A stretch of DNA of 64,000 nucleotides, taken from positions 85,731 to 149,730 of the forward strand of contig JBDRLP010000027.1 in assembly GCA_043812975.1 (NCBI GenBank), in the 5' to 3' direction. Of this stretch, positions 55,698-64,000 are shown piece by piece. Every line of letters starts with the position of its first letter. Position 1 is the stretch's first letter. A program made the position numbers and the translations under genes. This DNA is from Candidatus Iainarchaeum sp. GTDB taxonomy: Archaea > Iainarchaeota > Iainarchaeia > Iainarchaeales > Iainarchaeaceae. The notes under the pieces are model-generated. The model did no database searches and was not told the origin of the DNA. It saw nothing but the letters and a program-made list of their open reading frames with translations.

Positions 55698-57773
55698 ATG
55701 AAACTAATTATTAGTGAAAAAGCAATAGCCGGAAGAAATATTGCGAATATTCTTGCAGGAAAACAAGTGCCTCAAGCAAACATTGGTTCTGCTCAGGCGT
55801 TCAGATTCAGCAAAGGAAATGATGAATATGTTGTTGTTCCTTTGAGGGGGCATATTGTTGATGTTGAATTTCCAAAAAAGTACAAATATTGGGTTGGAAC
55901 TGATTTAAAAAAATTAATCGATGCTGAAATAGAGTATGAGGGGAAAGAAAAGTTTATTATTTCTGCTTTGAAACAAGCAGCAAAAGAAGTTGATGAGGTT
56001 ATAATTGCAACAGATGCTGATCGTGAAGGTGAATCAATAGGAGTTGAAGCATTAAATTATGTGCAAGCTTCAAACCCAAAAATAAAAGTTAAGCGGGCTT
56101 ATTTTTCTGCTATTACAAAAACTGATATTGAAGAATCTTTTTCAAATCTTGTTGAGCTTGATCGAAACTTTGCAGATTCTGCTGACGCCAGAAGAGAAAT
56201 AGATTTGATTTGGGGGGCAGTATTAACAAGGTTCATGTCTCTTGTTTCAGGAAAACTCGGAAAAGAATATTTAAGTGTTGGAAGAGTGCAGACTCCTGCT
56301 TTAGCTTTGATTGTTCAGCGCGAAAAAGAAAGAAATGCTTTCAAAAATAAAAAATACTGGGAACTGAAAGCACTTTTTAGTAAGGACTCCAAAACTTTTG
56401 AAGCAGACCACAAGAAAGGGAAATTCTGGGAAAAAGAAGAGCCTGAAAAAATTTACAAAGAACATAAGAAAGAAGGGACTGTAAAAAGCATTAAAAGCAC
56501 AAAAAGAATTTTGAAAAAACCAACTCCCTTTAACACAACAGATTTTTTGAGACAGGCAACATCTATTGGTTTTAGTGCAGGTCAGGCAATGGAAGTTGCG
56601 GAATCTCTTTACCAGCAAGGATTAACTTCTTATCCTCGAACTGACAATACAGTTTATTCAAAAACTCTTGATTTGAAAAAAACCCTGAATGAAATTTCGA
56701 AAGTCCCTGATTTTAAGAAAGATGCGGAATCAATACTTGCTAAAGGAACCCTTACTCCTTCAAGGGGTAAAAAGGAAACTAAAGATCATCCTCCTATCTA
56801 TCCTGTAACTGCTGCTTCTAAAGAAAAGCTTAGTGAAAGGCACTGGAAAATTTATGAATTAATAGTAAGGCGTTTTTTAGCTACTCTTGGTGATGATGCA
56901 AAAACAGAAAACCAGTCCGTTGAAATTATGCTTGGGAAAGAACCGTTTGTTGCTAAGGGACAGCGTATTATTGATCCTGGGTGGAAAGAACTTTACCCTT
57001 ATTCAACAATTTCAGAGGTAATTCTTCCGCCTATGGAAGAAGGGGAAAAAGTAAAATTAAACAAACTTGATATGTTTGCAAAAGAAACCCAGCCTCCTTC
57101 AAGGTATAGCCAGTCAACTTTAATCAAATTAATGGAAGATTTAGGGATAGGAACCAAGAGCACGAGGCACACAATAATCCAGAAATTATACGGCAGGAAA
57201 TATGTTTCTGGTGCAAAGGCTATTGAGCCGAGCAAACTTGCGTTTGCAGTTATAAATTCTTTAGATGTTCGCGGTGTTGATGCGGTTAAAGCCGAAATGA
57301 CTTCGGTTCTTGAAAAAGAAATGGATAAGGTAGCTGCAGGAAAAAAAACAAAAGCGCAGGTTGTAGAAGATTCAAGAAAATTTTTACACGATATCCTTGA
57401 CAGAATGTTAAAGGATAAAAATGAAATTGGAACAGAGTTAAGGTCTGCGGTTCGTGAAGATTCTATTGCAGGCGATTGTGATATATGTGACGGGAAACTC
57501 CGAATGCTCATGAGTCGTAATAATAAAAGATTTTTAGGTTGCACTGGTTATCCAAAATGCACTAACACTTATCCTCTCCCTCAAAAAGGAAAACTAATTT
57601 TTACAACCAAACTTTGCGAAACCTGTCAAAAGCCAATGATAAAAGTTGCTGGCACAAGGTATAAGTTTGAAATGTGCATCAATCCAGATTGTGAAACCAA
57701 AGCAGAGTGGAAAGCAAACTATGAAGCTAAGTTAAAGGCAAAAGCAGAAAAAACAACTCCGAAGAAAGCCTGA
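55698..57773 (+). CDS. topA: DNA topoisomerase IA
   Basis: ISEK, ATDADREGE TOPRIM, SVGRVQTP, SYPRTD, C-terminal Zn ribbons. Confidence 0.95.
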   Translation: MKLIISEKAIAGRNIANILAGKQVPQANIGSAQAFRFSKGNDEYVVVPLRGHIVDVEFPKKYKYWVGTDLKKLIDAEIEYEGKEKFIISALKQAAKEVDEVIIATDADREGESIGVEALNYVQASNPKIKVKRAYFSAITKTDIEESFSNLVELDRNFADSADARREIDLIWGAVLTRFMSLVSGKLGKEYLSVGRVQTPALALIVQREKERNAFKNKKYWELKALFSKDSKTFEADHKKGKFWEKEEPEKIYKEHKKEGTVKSIKSTKRILKKPTPFNTTDFLRQATSIGFSAGQAMEVAESLYQQGLTSYPRTDNTVYSKTLDLKKTLNEISKVPDFKKDAESILAKGTLTPSRGKKETKDHPPIYPVTAASKEKLSERHWKIYELIVRRFLATLGDDAKTENQSVEIMLGKEPFVAKGQRIIDPGWKELYPYSTISEVILPPMEEGEKVKLNKLDMFAKETQPPSRYSQSTLIKLMEDLGIGTKSTRHTIIQKLYGRKYVSGAKAIEPSKLAFAVINSLDVRGVDAVKAEMTSVLEKEMDKVAAGKKTKAQVVEDSRKFLHDILDRMLKDKNEIGTELRSAVREDSIAGDCDICDGKLRMLMSRNNKRFLGCTGYPKCTNTYPLPQKGKLIFTTKLCETCQKPMIKVAGTRYKFEMCINPDCETKAEWKANYEAKLKAKAEKTTPKKA

Positions 57774-57851
57774 TTATTCAATAGTGTAAGGCCTTTTCAG
57801 GAAGAAAGTTATTAATGCTAATAAAATTAGTGATGTTACAATAACAATCAT
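57774..57851 (-). CDS. 25-aa hydrophobic micropeptide (candidate)
   Basis: MIVIVTSLILLALITFFLKRPYTIE; stop abuts the topA stop. Confidence 0.4.
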   Translation of the reverse strand: MIVIVTSLILLALITFFLKRPYTIE

Positions 57852-57861
57852 AAAAAAACAC

Positions 57862-57993
57862 TTGTGAAGGGGTTATTGCAATATTAGAGGGGTAGAGTTA
57901 TTTGCCAATTTGTTTCCAATTAGCCTGGTGAGCCTAACCCTGACCCCTCAATTGCTTTTGGTTTGATTCACTTTTTAGGATTGGATCCCCCCG
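57862..57993 (-). ncRNA. candidate ~130-nt structured RNA
   Basis: Nested stems GCAAU/AUUGC, GAGGGGU/ACCCCUC, AGGGUUA/UAACUCU, GCUAAUUG-GAAA-CAAAUUGGC; followed by U7. Confidence 0.55.
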
Positions 57994-58027
57994 ATTTTTT
58001 TATTACAATAAAATTAAAGTCTTTTTT

Positions 58028-58043
58028 GTTAATATATATTAAC
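58028..58043. promoter_or_regulatory. perfect 16-bp palindrome, candidate operator or bidirectional TATA
   Basis: GTTAATATATATTAAC between the candidate RNA and the Lrp-like gene. Confidence 0.4.
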
Positions 58044-58109
58044 TGCATTTTAATGTATATTTTTTACATATATTAATAAAACAAGTGTGCTAAAAGTATA
58101 TTGATTGTT

Positions 58110-58649
58110 ATGCCAAGTGTAATGAAAGCTGGAGATGAGGTTCGTCTTAATATACTTTCTGCTTTGTTAAAACAAAATTCAGTTTCTCCTAATATTAAAC
58201 AATTACAAAAATATACTGGATACCATAAGGCCACAATAAAATCTTCTTTGGATTTTTTGATTAATGAAGGCCTGATTACGGGTTATGGCCCTAAGGTTGA
58301 TTTCAGGAAATTTGATTACAAACTCGAGGTTCTTGTTTTAATGCAGGCTGATTTAACAAAAAAAGAATTTTTCGAAACATTTCTGAGTGAAATAAAAAAA
58401 GATCCGCATCTTTATTCCTTAACAACTCTTGCAGGTTCTGGTAATTATAATCTTGTTGCAAGACACATTTACAAAGATATTGAATCATTCCATGAAGCAG
58501 TTAACAAAAAGTATTTTGAAAAACTTAGCGGTATCCATGATTTTATTAAACGAAGAGATATTGTTTATGTTACTGAACCATATTTCAAAATGGAATCAAG
58601 AACCAGAGCTATGATAAAAATCCTTAGAGAATCAAGGGGTTATGATTAA
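58110..58649 (+). CDS. Lrp/AsnC-like regulator (divergent)
   Basis: wHTH N-terminus, GYGPKVDFRKFDY linker, GNYNLV RAM-like segment. Confidence 0.75.
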   Translation: MPSVMKAGDEVRLNILSALLKQNSVSPNIKQLQKYTGYHKATIKSSLDFLINEGLITGYGPKVDFRKFDYKLEVLVLMQADLTKKEFFETFLSEIKKDPHLYSLTTLAGSGNYNLVARHIYKDIESFHEAVNKKYFEKLSGIHDFIKRRDIVYVTEPYFKMESRTRAMIKILRESRGYD

Positions 58650-59446
58650 TGAAAATCGAAATTGACCTTACTAAATCAATTCAGGAAAATGCCAGTTCTT
58701 ACTATGATTTTTCAAAAAAAGCAAAGAAAAAATTATCAGGTTTATCAAAAGGGATGCAGGAAGTAGAAAAGAAGATTTCAGAAGAAGGAAAAACCAAAGC
58801 TGTTCAAAAGATGCTTGTGAAAAAAAGAGAAAAGAAATGGTATGAAAAATTCCACTGGTTTTTCACAAGTGAAAGTTTTCTTGTTGTTGCTGGAAGAGAT
58901 GCGAAAAGCAATGAACAAGTTGTAAAGAAAATAATGGAGCCTAAAGATATTTATTTCCACGCAGATATTCAAGGAGCTCCGCACACAATTCTAAAAACTG
59001 ATGGAAAAAACCCCGGAAAAAGTTCGAAAGAAGAAGCCGCGATTTTTGCAGCATCTTTTTCTAAAGCATGGCGTGAACAATTATCTGGAATAGATGTTTA
59101 TTCTGCCAATCCAGAGCAAGTAACCAAAAAAGCTCCAAGCGGAGAGTCTCTTGGAACAGGTGCTTTCATGATTTACGGTAAAAGAGAATGGTTCAAAAAA
59201 ACTCCTTTGCAGTTTGCAATTGGCTTTAAAAAATCTGGAGATTCTATTGAATTGTTCTCCGGTCCTGAAAATGCTGTGAAGAAGAATTCAGATTATTTAA
59301 TCAAAGTTTTTTTCGGAAAGGATTCTAAAGGAGCTTGTGCAAAAAAGATCCGCAAACAATTTTTAGACAAATCCGGTTTAGAGGTAAGGCTTGATGATAT
59401 TGAGTTTTTACTCCCTTCTGGGGGGCTTTCTTTAGGTAAAACCTAA
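58649..59446 (+). CDS. NFACT-R domain protein (short Rqc2/NEMF homologue)
   Basis: [47 protein letters not shown] and HhH absent. Confidence 0.88.
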   Translation: MKIEIDLTKSIQENASSYYDFSKKAKKKLSGLSKGMQEVEKKISEEGKTKAVQKMLVKKREKKWYEKFHWFFTSESFLVVAGRDAKSNEQVVKKIMEPKDIYFHADIQGAPHTILKTDGKNPGKSSKEEAAIFAASFSKAWREQLSGIDVYSANPEQVTKKAPSGESLGTGAFMIYGKREWFKKTPLQFAIGFKKSGDSIELFSGPENAVKKNSDYLIKVFFGKDSKGACAKKIRKQFLDKSGLEVRLDDIEFLLPSGGLSLGKT

Positions 59447-59489
59447 CGGATTAGTTATATTATTATTACTTTTCAAGAGTTGTTCATTT

Positions 59490-62400
59490 ATGGTTGAAAA
59501 ATCTAAAAAGCAAATTAATCTGAGGGTTGAAGATCCTGATCCTAGCCATGTCGGCAGGAACATTATTACTCTTGACAGGGAGACTAAAGAAGATTTAGGA
59601 GTCACTTCAGGTGATATTGTTGAGATTACTGGTTCTCAGAAGACTGCTGCTGTTATATGGCCTGCAAGACAGGAAGATGAGGGTAAAGGCCTGATAAGGA
59701 TGGATAATTTAATCAGAAGAAATGCAGGTGTTGGTCTTGGAGAAAAAGTAGCAGTTAAAAAAGCTGAATTTGAGGAAGCAAAAAGAGTTGTTATTGCTCC
59801 GACACAGGAAGTCAGGATTATTGCTTCAGGTTATGATAGGATTTTGAAGAAAAATTTTATAGGAAGACCTTTGCATAAAGGAGACAGAGTTCTCATTAGT
59901 GTTTTTGGTTCTGGTTTTATTTATCAGGTTGTTGATACTAATCCTCGCGGTATTGTAAAGGTAACTGATTTTACTCAGTTTGTTCTGAAAGAAGAACCTG
60001 TTAAGGATGCTCTTGCAGGAATTCCAAGAATTGCTTATGAAGATATTGGTGGTTTGGAAGAACAAGTACAAAAAGTAAGAGAAATGATTGAGCTTCCGAT
60101 GAAGCACCCTGAAATTTTCAGAAAGCTAGGCATAAGTCCGCCAAAAGGAGTGCTTCTTTATGGTCCCCCGGGCACAGGAAAAACTTTGTTGGCTAAAGCA
60201 GTTGCAAATGAAACTCAGGCACATTTCATTTCAATCAGTTCACCAAGCATTATGAGTAAGTTTGTTGGAGAAGCCGAGGAAAGAATCAGGGAAGTTTTTA
60301 AGGAAGCTGAAAAGAATGCACCTTCAATTATTTTCTTTGATGAAATTGATGCTATTGCTCCGAAAAGGGATGAGGTTGTTGGGGAAGTTGAGCGGAGAGT
60401 TGTTGCACAGATTCTTTCAGCAATGGATGGCATGGAAGCAAGAGGACAAGTAATTGTAATTGGCGCAACCAACAGAGTAAACAGTATTGATGAAGCTTTG
60501 CGTAGGCCGGGAAGATTCGATAGAGAAATTGAAATCGGTGTTCCTTCCAAAAAAGATCGTTTGGAAATTTTGCATATTCATACAAGAGGTATGCCTATTT
60601 CCCCGCCAAATGATTTAGATAGTATTAAACGTGTTTTGAGTAAAATAAAAAAAGAAGTAATTTCTGAAGATAGGAAAAAAGAAATTATAAGAAAATATGA
60701 TAGTTTTTCAGAAAATTTAGTTTTGCGTGTTAGTGAACTTGAAGATAAACTTGAGGCTAGAAAAGTATCAGGGATCGAGAAAAAACATAAGTGTGATGAA
60801 CTTATTAAAACTGAAAGAAAGAAATTTTTTGATTTATTGTCTGGTGGAGAAGAAGTTGAGATCAACTCTGCGCTTCTTGATCAGTTTTTAGAAGATCAAG
60901 CAACTATTTTGCACGGTTTTGTGGGAGCTGATTTAGAAGCTTTGGCAAAAGAATCTGCAATGAAAGCTTTGAGAAGATACTTGCCAAAAATTAATCTTGA
61001 TGATGAAACAATTCCTACTGAAGTTTTGGAAAGTTTAGAAGTTAATAAGGATGATTTTTTAGAAGCTCTGAAAGATGTTCAGCCTTCTGCCTTAAGAGAG
61101 GTTGCGATTGAAGTTCCTAATGTTAAATGGGATCAGATTGGCGGCCTTGAAAAAGTTAAGGAAGAATTAAAACAGGCTATTGAGTGGCCGTTGAAATATC
61201 CTGAAAGTTTTCAAAAAATGGGGATTAAACCTCCGAGAGGGATTTTATTTTATGGGCCGTCCGGGACTGGAAAAACTCTTTTGGCTAAAGCAGTTGCTAC
61301 TGAATCAGAATCCAATTTCATCAGTATTAAAGGTCCACAGTTAATTTCTATGTGGGTTGGTGAAAGTCTTCCTTATGATGAAGAACTTTTGGTGTTTGAT
61401 GGCAAACGCATTTACAGGGAAAAAATAGGGAGAATTGTTGAGGAAGAACTTGGAGTGCAGGTTGTCACATTTGATTCTGATGGCAGGGTGATTTTTTCCA
61501 AAATAACTGGGCACATAAAGCACCCTTTCAATGGCAAAATGCTTGAAGTCAAAACAAAGACAGGGAGAAGAATAAAAGTCACTGACAAGCATTCGCTCTT
61601 TTCGCTTGCTGGATCGGAGATAGAATCTGTGGCAACGAAAAATCTTGTTGCAGGTGAAAGTGTAATCGCAATCCCCTCAAGAATCCCTAATATTTCAACT
61701 GCTTTTTCTGAAATCAATCTGTTTGAACAGTTCAGGAATCGGAAAGGCTATATGCTTTCAAATGTTGCCGGGAGTCTGAAGTTGGCAAAAAAAGAATATG
61801 GGTTGGGCAAAGTATCTTTGGCTTTGGGATTAAGCAAAAAATATCTTGCTGATATAATCTGCAAAAATCTTTCTGTTGATGTCAGAAAATTTAGTAATCT
61901 TCTTGATAAAACAGGATTTAAACCGGACTTTTCAAAAATAACAATTGGGGTCAAGGGTGCAAGGAGTCACCTCCCGATTTTCCTTAAGGCCGATGCTGAT
62001 TTGTGCAGGTTATTGGGGCTTTTTGTTGCCGAGGGAGATTTTAATGGAGATATTGTGAGGATTACAAATGCAAATCCAGAAATAAGGCGGGACGTACTGC
62101 GGATTCTTCAAACCTTGGGGCTGGGGGTCACTAAAACTGAAACAAATATTGTTGTAAATTCCTGTATTTTCAAACATGTTCTTGACCGAGTTTTTGGGCT
62201 GAAAACTGGTGCTTTCAATAAAAGGGTTCCTGGTTTTTTGTTTGCTGCATCAAATATTCAGGTTCATAATTTCCTCAAGGGTTATTTCAGCGGTGATGGG
62301 TCGATAACAAGGTCAGAGAGAAGATATGTCATTGAAGCTTCGACAGTCAGTAAAAATCTGGCAAACGATCTGCTTTATCTTTTCCTTAAAACCGGAATTG

Positions 62401-63434
62401 TCGCAATCTGTAGGGAAAAGCTTGAGTGGAATGGTACTATGAGTTATGGTGTGCAGGTGTTTGGGGTTGAAAATTTCAGGAAGTTCATGGCTATTGGTTT
62501 TATCGATTCCCGTAGAAATATGCTTGTGGGAAGTTATATAAAAGAAAAAGTATGGTCCCGCAGCAATGTCATCCCAGTCAGCCATAAGATAACTGAAGTT
62601 CTTGAGGGTGCTTTTGGGTCTTATCCTAAGAATCATTCGGTCGGTGTGCGGAAGCTGAGAGAAGCGCTGTGTGTAGTTGACATGCAAAAAGAAAAATATT
62701 CTTCATTGTGGAAGCTTGTTGAGGCGGACATTTATTGGGATAAGGTGAAGGAAATAAACGAAGTTGAGCATTCCGGTGATGTTTATGATATTTCTGTAGA
62801 ACCGTGTCAGAATTTTGTTGCAGGATTCGGCGGGATTTTTGCACACAATAGTGAAAAAGGCATAAGAAAAATTTTCCAGAGGGCAAGACAGGTTTCTCCT
62901 GTTATTATTTTCTTTGATGAGTTTGATGCTATTTCGTCAAGAAGAGGTTCAGTTGGGGATTCAGGTGGCGGTGAACGAATGGTTAACCAGCTTTTAACAG
63001 AACTTGACGGGGTTGAGGAACTTAAAGGGGTTGTTTTTGTTGCAGCTACTAATCGTCCTGATTTAATAGATCCTGCATTACTGCGCCCCGGCAGGATAGA
63101 TAAAATTATTCATATTCCTGCTCCTGACCTTGAGGCAAGAAAAGGTATTTTGAAAATACACTCTAAGAATGTTCCTTTAGCAAGTAATATTGATTTGGAT
63201 GAGATTGCCCAGAAAACTGAAGGTTATAGTGGTGCTGATCTTGAAGGTTTGATAAGAGAGGCCGGATTGATTTCTCTGAAAGAATCAAAATTAAAGGTAA
63301 AAGAAATTAAGCTTTCTCATTTTGAGGAAGCTATGAATAAGATAACTCCTTCTATAAGCAAGGAGACTGTTGAGGCTTATCAAGCTTTTAATAGTCAGGT
63401 TGCAAAATCATTCAAACCTAGTTATGTAAGATAA
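59490..63434 (+). CDS. cdc48: CDC48/VAT AAA+ ATPase, intein-containing
   Basis: N-domain, GPPGTGKT and GPSGTGKT Walker A, FDEID/FDEFD, RPGR. Confidence 0.95.
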   Translation: MVEKSKKQINLRVEDPDPSHVGRNIITLDRETKEDLGVTSGDIVEITGSQKTAAVIWPARQEDEGKGLIRMDNLIRRNAGVGLGEKVAVKKAEFEEAKRVVIAPTQEVRIIASGYDRILKKNFIGRPLHKGDRVLISVFGSGFIYQVVDTNPRGIVKVTDFTQFVLKEEPVKDALAGIPRIAYEDIGGLEEQVQKVREMIELPMKHPEIFRKLGISPPKGVLLYGPPGTGKTLLAKAVANETQAHFISISSPSIMSKFVGEAEERIREVFKEAEKNAPSIIFFDEIDAIAPKRDEVVGEVERRVVAQILSAMDGMEARGQVIVIGATNRVNSIDEALRRPGRFDREIEIGVPSKKDRLEILHIHTRGMPISPPNDLDSIKRVLSKIKKEVISEDRKKEIIRKYDSFSENLVLRVSELEDKLEARKVSGIEKKHKCDELIKTERKKFFDLLSGGEEVEINSALLDQFLEDQATILHGFVGADLEALAKESAMKALRRYLPKINLDDETIPTEVLESLEVNKDDFLEALKDVQPSALREVAIEVPNVKWDQIGGLEKVKEELKQAIEWPLKYPESFQKMGIKPPRGILFYGPSGTGKTLLAKAVATESESNFISIKGPQLISMWVGESLPYDEELLVFDGKRIYREKIGRIVEEELGVQVVTFDSDGRVIFSKITGHIKHPFNGKMLEVKTKTGRRIKVTDKHSLFSLAGSEIESVATKNLVAGESVIAIPSRIPNISTAFSEINLFEQFRNRKGYMLSNVAGSLKLAKKEYGLGKVSLALGLSKKYLADIICKNLSVDVRKFSNLLDKTGFKPDFSKITIGVKGARSHLPIFLKADADLCRLLGLFVAEGDFNGDIVRITNANPEIRRDVLRILQTLGLGVTKTETNIVVNSCIFKHVLDRVFGLKTGAFNKRVPGFLFAASNIQVHNFLKGYFSGDGSITRSERRYVIEASTVSKNLANDLLYLFLKTGIVAICREKLEWNGTMSYGVQVFGVENFRKFMAIGFIDSRRNMLVGSYIKEKVWSRSNVIPVSHKITEVLEGAFGSYPKNHSVGVRKLREALCVVDMQKEKYSSLWKLVEADIYWDKVKEINEVEHSGDVYDISVEPCQNFVAGFGGIFAHNSEKGIRKIFQRARQVSPVIIFFDEFDAISSRRGSVGDSGGGERMVNQLLTELDGVEELKGVVFVAATNRPDLIDPALLRPGRIDKIIHIPAPDLEARKGILKIHSKNVPLASNIDLDEIAQKTEGYSGADLEGLIREAGLISLKESKLKVKEIKLSHFEEAMNKITPSISKETVEAYQAFNSQVAKSFKPSYVR
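61365..62849 (+). mobile_element. intein (495 aa, Ser1) with LAGLIDADG endonuclease in CDC48 D2
   Basis: [10 protein letters not shown]...FAHN|SEK; TDKHS block [11 protein letters not shown] and [11 protein letters not shown]. Confidence 0.92.
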
Positions 63435-63439
63435 TTAGT

Positions 63440-64000
63440 TTATTGACCTGGCATGTCACATACTTCTGAAGTATTTCCTTCTGCAATAACAATTCCTGTT
63501 GCTTCAGTGCAAGTGTCCTTTTTGTCAAATTCCGGTTCGCAGTAAATTAACTGAAAATCAAAATCTCCGGGAACTTCAATATTTCTTATATCCCAGACCT
63601 GTCCTCTAAACGTGCCGTAAGTTACGTGGCTGTACTCTAATTCTTCCCAAAGAATCTGATCTTTTTTATAATTGCTTTGAATTGTTTTAACCTGTGCTTT
63701 ATCAATTTCATCAATCTTCATCCAGACTTTTGCACCGTAAGTTGGCCTGTTATCAGTCCTGTTTCTAATCTGGTAAAAGAACGAATATTTTTTTAGCAAA
63801 CCATCAAATTCGCAATATTTAAGTTCAGCGTCAAAATCAAATTTTTGATTTACTACTGGCGCAGGTGGTTCCTCTTCACAAGCTTCTTCCCATACTCTTA
63901 AACATTTTTGTTTTTCTTCACACCAAGAATATCCTGCTGAGCCAATACACTCATGTTCATCAACATCGCCGCCAATAATTGGCTCTTCAGGAGGTTCTGG
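63440..64000 (-). CDS. Cys-rich, probably exported protein (5' end outside window)
   Basis: Frame open from 64000: PEPPEEPIIGGDVDEHECIGSAGYSWCEEKQKCLRVWEE, continuous with track ORF 63440-63799. Confidence 0.75.
   Translation of the reverse strand, partial: PEPPEEPIIGGDVDEHECIGSAGYSWCEEKQKCLRVWEEACEEEPPAPVVNQKFDFDAELKYCEFDGLLKKYSFFYQIRNRTDNRPTYGAKVWMKIDEIDKAQVKTIQSNYKKDQILWEELEYSHVTYGTFRGQVWDIRNIEVPGDFDFQLIYCEPEFDKKDTCTEATGIVIAEGNTSEVCDMPGQ

Noticed and set aside
57862..57993. 5S rRNA, SRP RNA or RNase P RNA
   Set aside because: No 5S or RNase P conserved motifs; CAGG...GAAA...GCA only loosely recalls SRP helix 8 with wrong stem length; left unassigned
1..64000. Prophage, integrase, transposase, restriction-modification, CRISPR-Cas or recoded genetic code
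   Set aside because: No recognisable ORFs or att duplications; conserved genes are full length under the standard code with all three stops used

Overview
AT-rich, gene-dense archaeal chromosome segment. Gene content (rpo6, rps17e, aEF-1beta, class I CCA enzyme, Taw3, Pelota, ABCE1, RFC-S, CDC48, NurA/HerA, NreA) and compact organisation suggest a DPANN archaeon, possibly Iainarchaeota/Diapherotrites (inference, no phylogeny run). It holds a nurA-herA operon interrupted by two PTP/DSP-like and two Zn-ribbon genes, a short rad50, an eroded family-B polymerase and an eroded class III ribonucleotide reductase, tRNA-Arg(TCG), a large type IV-like pilus locus, an archaeosortase-like gene with a candidate 'PDF' C-terminal substrate, three LAGLIDADG inteins (HerA, pilus ATPase, CDC48) and a free-standing HTH-LAGLIDADG-wHTH gene. 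Best non-annotated signals: (1) a GC-rich motif CGCAYYGGCA, six copies at four loci, each 17-22 bp upstream of a TATA-like box in front of nurA, the eroded polB, a DUF5678/aspartic-protease pair and the LAGLIDADG gene (candidate regulon or mobile micro-element); (2) two unassigned structured RNA candidates (ABCE1 leader; a ~130-nt RNA preceding a 25-aa hydrophobic peptide); (3) a dispersed AT-rich palindromic repeat family. No CRISPR array, rRNA, transposase or integrase seen. All family assignments are by motif recognition, without database searches.
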